From an uncultured Bdellovibrionales bacterium (GTDB taxonomy: Bacteria > Bdellovibrionota_C > UBA2361 > SZUA-149), in assembly GCA_964351345.1 (NCBI GenBank), contig CAYGNZ010000015.1, positions 1 to 16,557 of the forward strand: DNA of 16,557 nt, in the 5' to 3' direction. Each line of letters opens with the position of its first letter. The first letter of the stretch is position 1. The position numbers and the translations under genes are program-made. This document shows, one piece after another, positions 12,883 through 16,557 of the stretch. The notes beneath the pieces are model-generated. The model made no database searches, had not been told where the DNA came from, and saw nothing but the letters and a program-made list of their open reading frames with translations.

Positions 12883-14409
12883 ATGACAGAAGCGAATTCG
12901 ACTCGCGACGCAAGGACTGCGATCCTGATTTTTGCAGTGCTCATCACCTCGTTCTGCGCGATTGTGTATGAGCTACTAATCAGCACCCTCTCTAGTTACC
13001 TCTTTGGCGGTAGCGTCCTGCATTTCTCTCTCACTATCGGACTCTTTATGAGCTTCATGGGAGTAGGCAGCTACCTTTCAAAGTACGTGGAAACAAAGCT
13101 GCTCGATTGGTTTGTCGGCATCGAAATTTTCATTGCGCTGCTGGGCGGATTCTCTGGGCTCCTGCTGTATGGTGCCTACAGTCTCACAGAATTTTACTAT
13201 GCAATTGCTTTTTGCCTGATTGCCCTAATTAGCATCGGCGTGGGCATGGAAGTGCCGCTCATTACAAGAATTATCAAAGAGAATTCCCGGCTACAAGACG
13301 CCTTAGCCAATGTGCTTGCCGTTGATTATGCAGGAGCATTACTGGCCTCCATCCTTTTCCCCGTTATTCTCTTGCCCTATCTCGGCGTCATGCGAACCGC
13401 GTTCGCGGTAGGCATCCTGCACGTCATTGTTGCTGCATATACCTGCGTGGTGCTCGCAGAGATTCTACAACTGAAAAAACTTCACCTGCTCGCCTCCGCC
13501 GCCTCCGCGCTGTTGCTGCTACTGGGGTTTGCCTACTCGCTTTCTCTCGTCGGCATTCTGGAACAGTATCTCTATCAAGATCAGATTTTGTATTCGCAGC
13601 AATCGAGCTACCAAAAAATCGTCCTCACCAAACACAAAGCAGACACACGACTCTTTCTTGATGGCAATTTGCAGTTTAGCTCAATTGATGAATATCGCTA
13701 TCACGAAACCTTAGTGCATCTCCCACTGCACCTCGTCCCTCAAGCCGAAAACGTCTTGCTCCTTGGCGCCGGTGACGGCTTAGCCCTACGAGAGTTACTG
13801 AAATACCAATCAATAAAAAGCATTACCTTAGTCGATCTAGACCCGGTGATTACGCAGCTCGCCAGAGAGAACAAAGACCTACGCGAGCTAAACGCAAACT
13901 CCCTGGATGATCCGCGCGTCACGATTTACAACCAAGATGCCTTTGAGTTTATCGCCAAGAACGAAGCGCTCTATTCCGTAATTATCGCTGACCTCCCTGA
14001 CCCGAACACACTTAGCTTAGGAAAACTCTACACCAAGGAATTCTATACCCTCCTCCGCAAACGTCTCGCAGGCGATGGAGTGTTTATCACCCAAGCCACC
14101 TCACCCTATTTTGCTCGCCTACCCTTTTGGTGCATTCATCAAACAATGGAGGCCGCGTTCCCGCATGTGCAAGCTGCGCAACTCTATGTGCCCTCTTTTG
14201 GTATTTGGGGATTTCAACTTGCGATGAACCACTCATTTAGCTTGCCGGATACGGAATTTCGCGTGCCCACCCGCTGGCTTACCCCAGAGTTGGTCTCGGG
14301 CATGGAGCGCTTTGACGCTGATATTGCTGAAGTGCCAACCACGATCAATCGCTTAGATAATCAGACCTTAGTGGGCTACTACGAAGCAAGCTGGGAGGAC
14401 TGGAACTAA
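12883..14409 (+). CDS. speE: Polyamine aminopropyltransferase (spermidine/spermine synthase family) fused to an N-terminal ~230-aa polytopic membrane domain
   Basis: N-terminal hydrophobic helices (ILIFAVLITSFCAIVYELLISTL; LTIGLFMSFMGVGSYL; IEIFIALLGGFSGLLLYGAY; AIAFCLIALISIGVGM; AGALLASILFPVILLPYLGV; GILHVIVAAYTCVVLAEI; ASALLLLLGFAYSLSLVGI). The C-terminal SpeE domain has the decarboxylated-SAM binding motif NVLLLGAGDGLALRELLKY (cf. GGGDGG) and the catalytic-region motif YSVIIADLPDPNTLSLGKLYTKEFY (cf. DVIIVDSSDP...LFT.EFY). Confidence 0.85.
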   Translation: MTEANSTRDARTAILIFAVLITSFCAIVYELLISTLSSYLFGGSVLHFSLTIGLFMSFMGVGSYLSKYVETKLLDWFVGIEIFIALLGGFSGLLLYGAYSLTEFYYAIAFCLIALISIGVGMEVPLITRIIKENSRLQDALANVLAVDYAGALLASILFPVILLPYLGVMRTAFAVGILHVIVAAYTCVVLAEILQLKKLHLLASAASALLLLLGFAYSLSLVGILEQYLYQDQILYSQQSSYQKIVLTKHKADTRLFLDGNLQFSSIDEYRYHETLVHLPLHLVPQAENVLLLGAGDGLALRELLKYQSIKSITLVDLDPVITQLARENKDLRELNANSLDDPRVTIYNQDAFEFIAKNEALYSVIIADLPDPNTLSLGKLYTKEFYTLLRKRLAGDGVFITQATSPYFARLPFWCIHQTMEAAFPHVQAAQLYVPSFGIWGFQLAMNHSFSLPDTEFRVPTRWLTPELVSGMERFDADIAEVPTTINRLDNQTLVGYYEASWEDWN

Positions 14410-14430
14410 AGATAGGGAAATGCTATCTTT
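14408..14430 (+). terminator. AT-rich hairpin (AAAGATAG-ggaaatg-CTATCTTT) overlapping the speE-like stop codon; weak candidate terminator/attenuator
   Basis: Perfect 8-bp stem with a 7-nt loop, seen directly. No T-tract follows (AAGCTAATT), so intrinsic-terminator function is doubtful. Confidence 0.2.
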
Positions 14431-14527
14431 AAGCTAATTAAAGCCGGAAGTTGCTCGGAATTGCGCTGCTCATCCGCGAATAGCTCCTGACAGTCCAGTT
14501 CTCTCAGATCTGATCGCCGTAGAATTC

Positions 14528-15890
14528 ATGCCTCACGATACCTCACGCAAAGACTTCTCATTTAAGCTGCTCTGTCTTGCTGACCTACATCTCGGTCGTA
14601 CTCCTTCTAAACTGCAATCCAGCCAACAACTTGAACAACTCTCTGAAGAAGAACTAGAACTTTGCTCGAGCGTGCAAATACGCAATCGATGCCAAACTCG
14701 ACGCGGTGTTGCTTGCAGGCGATTTAGTCGATAAATCAAACGCTCTATTTGAAGCCTACGGCATTCTTGCCAAGGGAGTGCAAAGCCTCCTTGCGGCGGG
14801 GATACCGGTAATCGCTATCGCAGGAAACCACGATTTCGAAGCACTACCTCGTCTCGCCGCGGAGCTTGATGGCTTCACCCTGCTGGGCGCATCGGGGGAC
14901 TGGGAGGAGGCGCTCATTGAAAATCGCTCCCAAACAAACCGCCTTCGAGTGCAAGGAGTCTCCTTCACTAGTAGCGAGTGGAACACAAACCCGCTTACTC
15001 ATTACACCGCGCCGGATGATGCAATCCCCACGATTGCCTTGCTTCATTGTGACCTCGATACCACCACAAGTAAGTATGCGCCGGTCACTCGCAGCGATCT
15101 CATCATGCAGCATCCTTCGGCTTGGCTTCTCGGGCATATTCACAAGCCGCAAATCCTCAGCACGCAGCCGCTCATTCTCTATCCAGGCTCACCTCAAGGT
15201 CTTGATCCAGGCGAGCCTGGTGCTCACGGCGGAACACTGATTACGCTCGATCAGAACAACGCCGTCCAAGCAACCCCGGTTGAATTTGCCGGTCTACGCT
15301 ATGAGAGCATTGCGGTAGATATCAGTGAAGCGACAACGGTCGAAGGCGTGCGAGCGTTGCTCATTCCAGAGCTTCGGCAATGGCATGAGCGCGAAACGAG
15401 GAATACCTCGTTCCTCCGATTTGTTTCGCTTCGGCTATCGCTCCAGGGAGCCTGCGATCTGTCGCGCAACGAGCTCGCGGCACTGCAACTTGAGTTAGAA
15501 CAAGACACTCTAGAGATTGGAGAAACTCGCTACCTTTTTGAGCAGGTTCGGCTAGAAACGAGACCACGGATAGACCTCGCCACGCTCTCAGGACGAGACG
15601 ACCCTCCCTCCCTTCTCGCCCGTCGCATTGAGATGCTGCAAACAAAATCTCCCCCTGATCAGTATCAAGAGCTGATTGCCACCGCTTCCGGTCGGCTCGA
15701 AGCCATCACTCAGCAACAACAGTTCCAAGTTTTAGGCATCGAGGAGCTTGAAGAAGAATGTGTGCGCCAGGATCTCCTTTCAGCGGCCTGGGCCTTGCTC
15801 GATGACTTGCTTAAGCAACAAAGCGCTCCCGTCCTGCAAAATCCTTCCTCCAATCAAGCGGCGGATCAAAGCACCGAGGAAACTCGATGA
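14528..15890 (+). pseudogene. sbcD: sbcD/Mre11-family metallophosphoesterase (DNA repair exonuclease), interrupted by a frameshift near 14655-14665 (authentic pseudogene or sequencing error)
   Basis: Phosphoesterase motif I (FKLLCLADLHLGR) is encoded at 14528 in one frame, which continues to ...SEEELEL. The rest of the domain (FARACKYAIDAKLDAVLLAGDLVD, motif II; IAIAGNHDF, motif III; LLHCDLD; LGHIHKPQ) is in the +1 frame, which opens only after a TAG at 14655-14657. A single 1-nt insertion or 2-nt deletion around GAACTAGAACTTTGCT would restore one ~450-aa ORF. The stop TGA overlaps the ATG of the downstream ATPase gene. Confidence 0.6.
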
Positions 15891-16557
15891 AGATTCGCAA
15901 GTTACAAATCGAGCAGCTTCACACCAGGCGTCCAATTGCGCTCCGCAACATTGGCAGCGGTGTGCATATCGTGATCGGCCCCAACGGCTCAGGGAAATCC
16001 AGTAGCGCACTGGCAATCAAAGGCCTTCTTTGGCCAGAACTACTGCACGACATCGCGTTCCCGCAGCTGAGAAGCATCTGGAGCATGCACGGTAAGGAAC
16101 TTCAAATTAACCGAACTGGACAAAACGCCGACTACCTCCTTGCCACCGAGAAGGCTTCTCCTCCGAGTCTCCCTCCGGCACACCTCGCCTCCTGCTTTAC
16201 GATAACCTTGGATGAGATTTTTGATGGGCAAGATAGAACCTTGGCCGAGGAAATTGAACGAGACTTCGCGGGTGGCTATGACTTAAAAGCACTGCGAGAA
16301 TCCCAACTGCATTCGACCTCCCGCAGTAGCCTCACCCGTGCTCGTTCGGAGTTACAAACCGCGAACAAAATTCGTCGCGCGACAGAACTTGAACAACAAA
16401 CACTGCGCAAGAAACAGGAAAAACTTGTTGAGCAGAAAGCAGAGATTGAAGCAATTGAACAGAGCATGCGACGTGCGAAGCATCTTGAAAAGGCTCTTCG
16501 TCGTCTTCAGCGCCTCTCCGAAGCACGACAGCTCGATCAACAACTACAAGGCTTTCC
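15887..16557 (+). CDS. SbcC-like / YhaN-like AAA P-loop ATPase with coiled-coil region, N-terminal 223 codons (gene continues beyond window end)
   Basis: Not in the track because it has no stop before the window end. ATG 15887 overlaps the sbcD TGA (ATGA), with SD GAGGA 7 nt upstream. Walker A: VHIVIGPNGSGKSSSALAIKGLLWPE after the conserved IRKLQIEQL...N-terminal strand. This is followed by a Q/E/R/K-rich heptad sequence typical of the SbcC/Rad50-family coiled coil. The frame is open to 16557. Confidence 0.75.
   Translation, partial: MKIRKLQIEQLHTRRPIALRNIGSGVHIVIGPNGSGKSSSALAIKGLLWPELLHDIAFPQLRSIWSMHGKELQINRTGQNADYLLATEKASPPSLPPAHLASCFTITLDEIFDGQDRTLAEEIERDFAGGYDLKALRESQLHSTSRSSLTRARSELQTANKIRRATELEQQTLRKKQEKLVEQKAEIEAIEQSMRRAKHLEKALRRLQRLSEARQLDQQLQGF

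Noticed and set aside
14756-15645. Minus-strand ORFs 14756..14986, 14844..15152, 15299..15508, 15361..15645 and plus ORF 14866..15240
   Set aside because: All are nested in or antisense to the sbcD-like coding region, whose frame carries the full set of metallophosphoesterase motifs.
15780-16543. Minus-strand ORFs 15780..16016, 16040..16231, 16276..16467, 16332..16526 and 16352..16543 at the right end
   Set aside because: They are antisense to the uninterrupted sbcC-like P-loop/coiled-coil reading frame that starts at 15887 and is open to the window end.
1-16557. Mobile elements, integrase/transposase genes, or an obvious phage-defence gene set (restriction, helicase/nuclease toxin, CBASS/Thoeris-like) around the TerB or SbcCD-like genes
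   Set aside because: No transposase or integrase motifs, inverted terminal repeats, or attachment-site-like direct repeats were seen. TerB and the SbcCD-like pair have no accompanying helicase, HNH, Toprim or cyclase genes. A defence-island interpretation is therefore not supported by this window.

Overview
This 16.6-kb window looks like a bacterial chromosomal segment with about 16 tightly packed genes and frequent start/stop overlaps (TAATG, ATGA). I found no rRNA, tRNA, CRISPR array, transposase or integrase.

Gene order, left to right:
- The 5' end of a lysine/alanine-rich histone H1-like gene (-), not in the ORF track because it runs off the edge. It is translationally coupled to a very acidic coiled-coil protein gene (-).
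- A DUF21-CBS-CorC_HlyC (CNNM/CorC/TlyC family) transporter gene (-).
- Divergent from it, a fused cytochrome-b (NarI/HdrE-like) + HdrD/GlpC-like 2x[4Fe-4S]/2xCCG oxidoreductase gene (+), followed 5 bp later by a GT41-family (OGT/HMW1C-like) glycosyltransferase gene (+).
- A small 4-TM protein gene (+), convergent with an orphan 333-aa protein gene (-) with only 8 bp between the stops.
- A seven-gene co-directional cluster: TerB-like; SPFH(Band 7)-SHOCT; two DUF4178-type zinc-ribbon proteins, the second membrane-anchored; a small basic ORF; a DUF350 membrane protein; and a membrane-fused spermidine-synthase-family aminopropyltransferase.
- A frameshifted sbcD/Mre11-like nuclease gene whose stop overlaps (ATGA) the start of an sbcC-like P-loop ATPase gene that runs off the window end.

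The most interesting candidates are the SPFH/SHOCT - DUF4178 x2 - DUF350 - membrane-SpeE (+TerB) operon, which lacks a PspA gene, and the acidic protein / H1-like histone pair. The first looks like an experimentally uncharacterised envelope-stress/polyamine-type module.

All domain calls come from motifs I recognise by eye in the translations. No database search was run.
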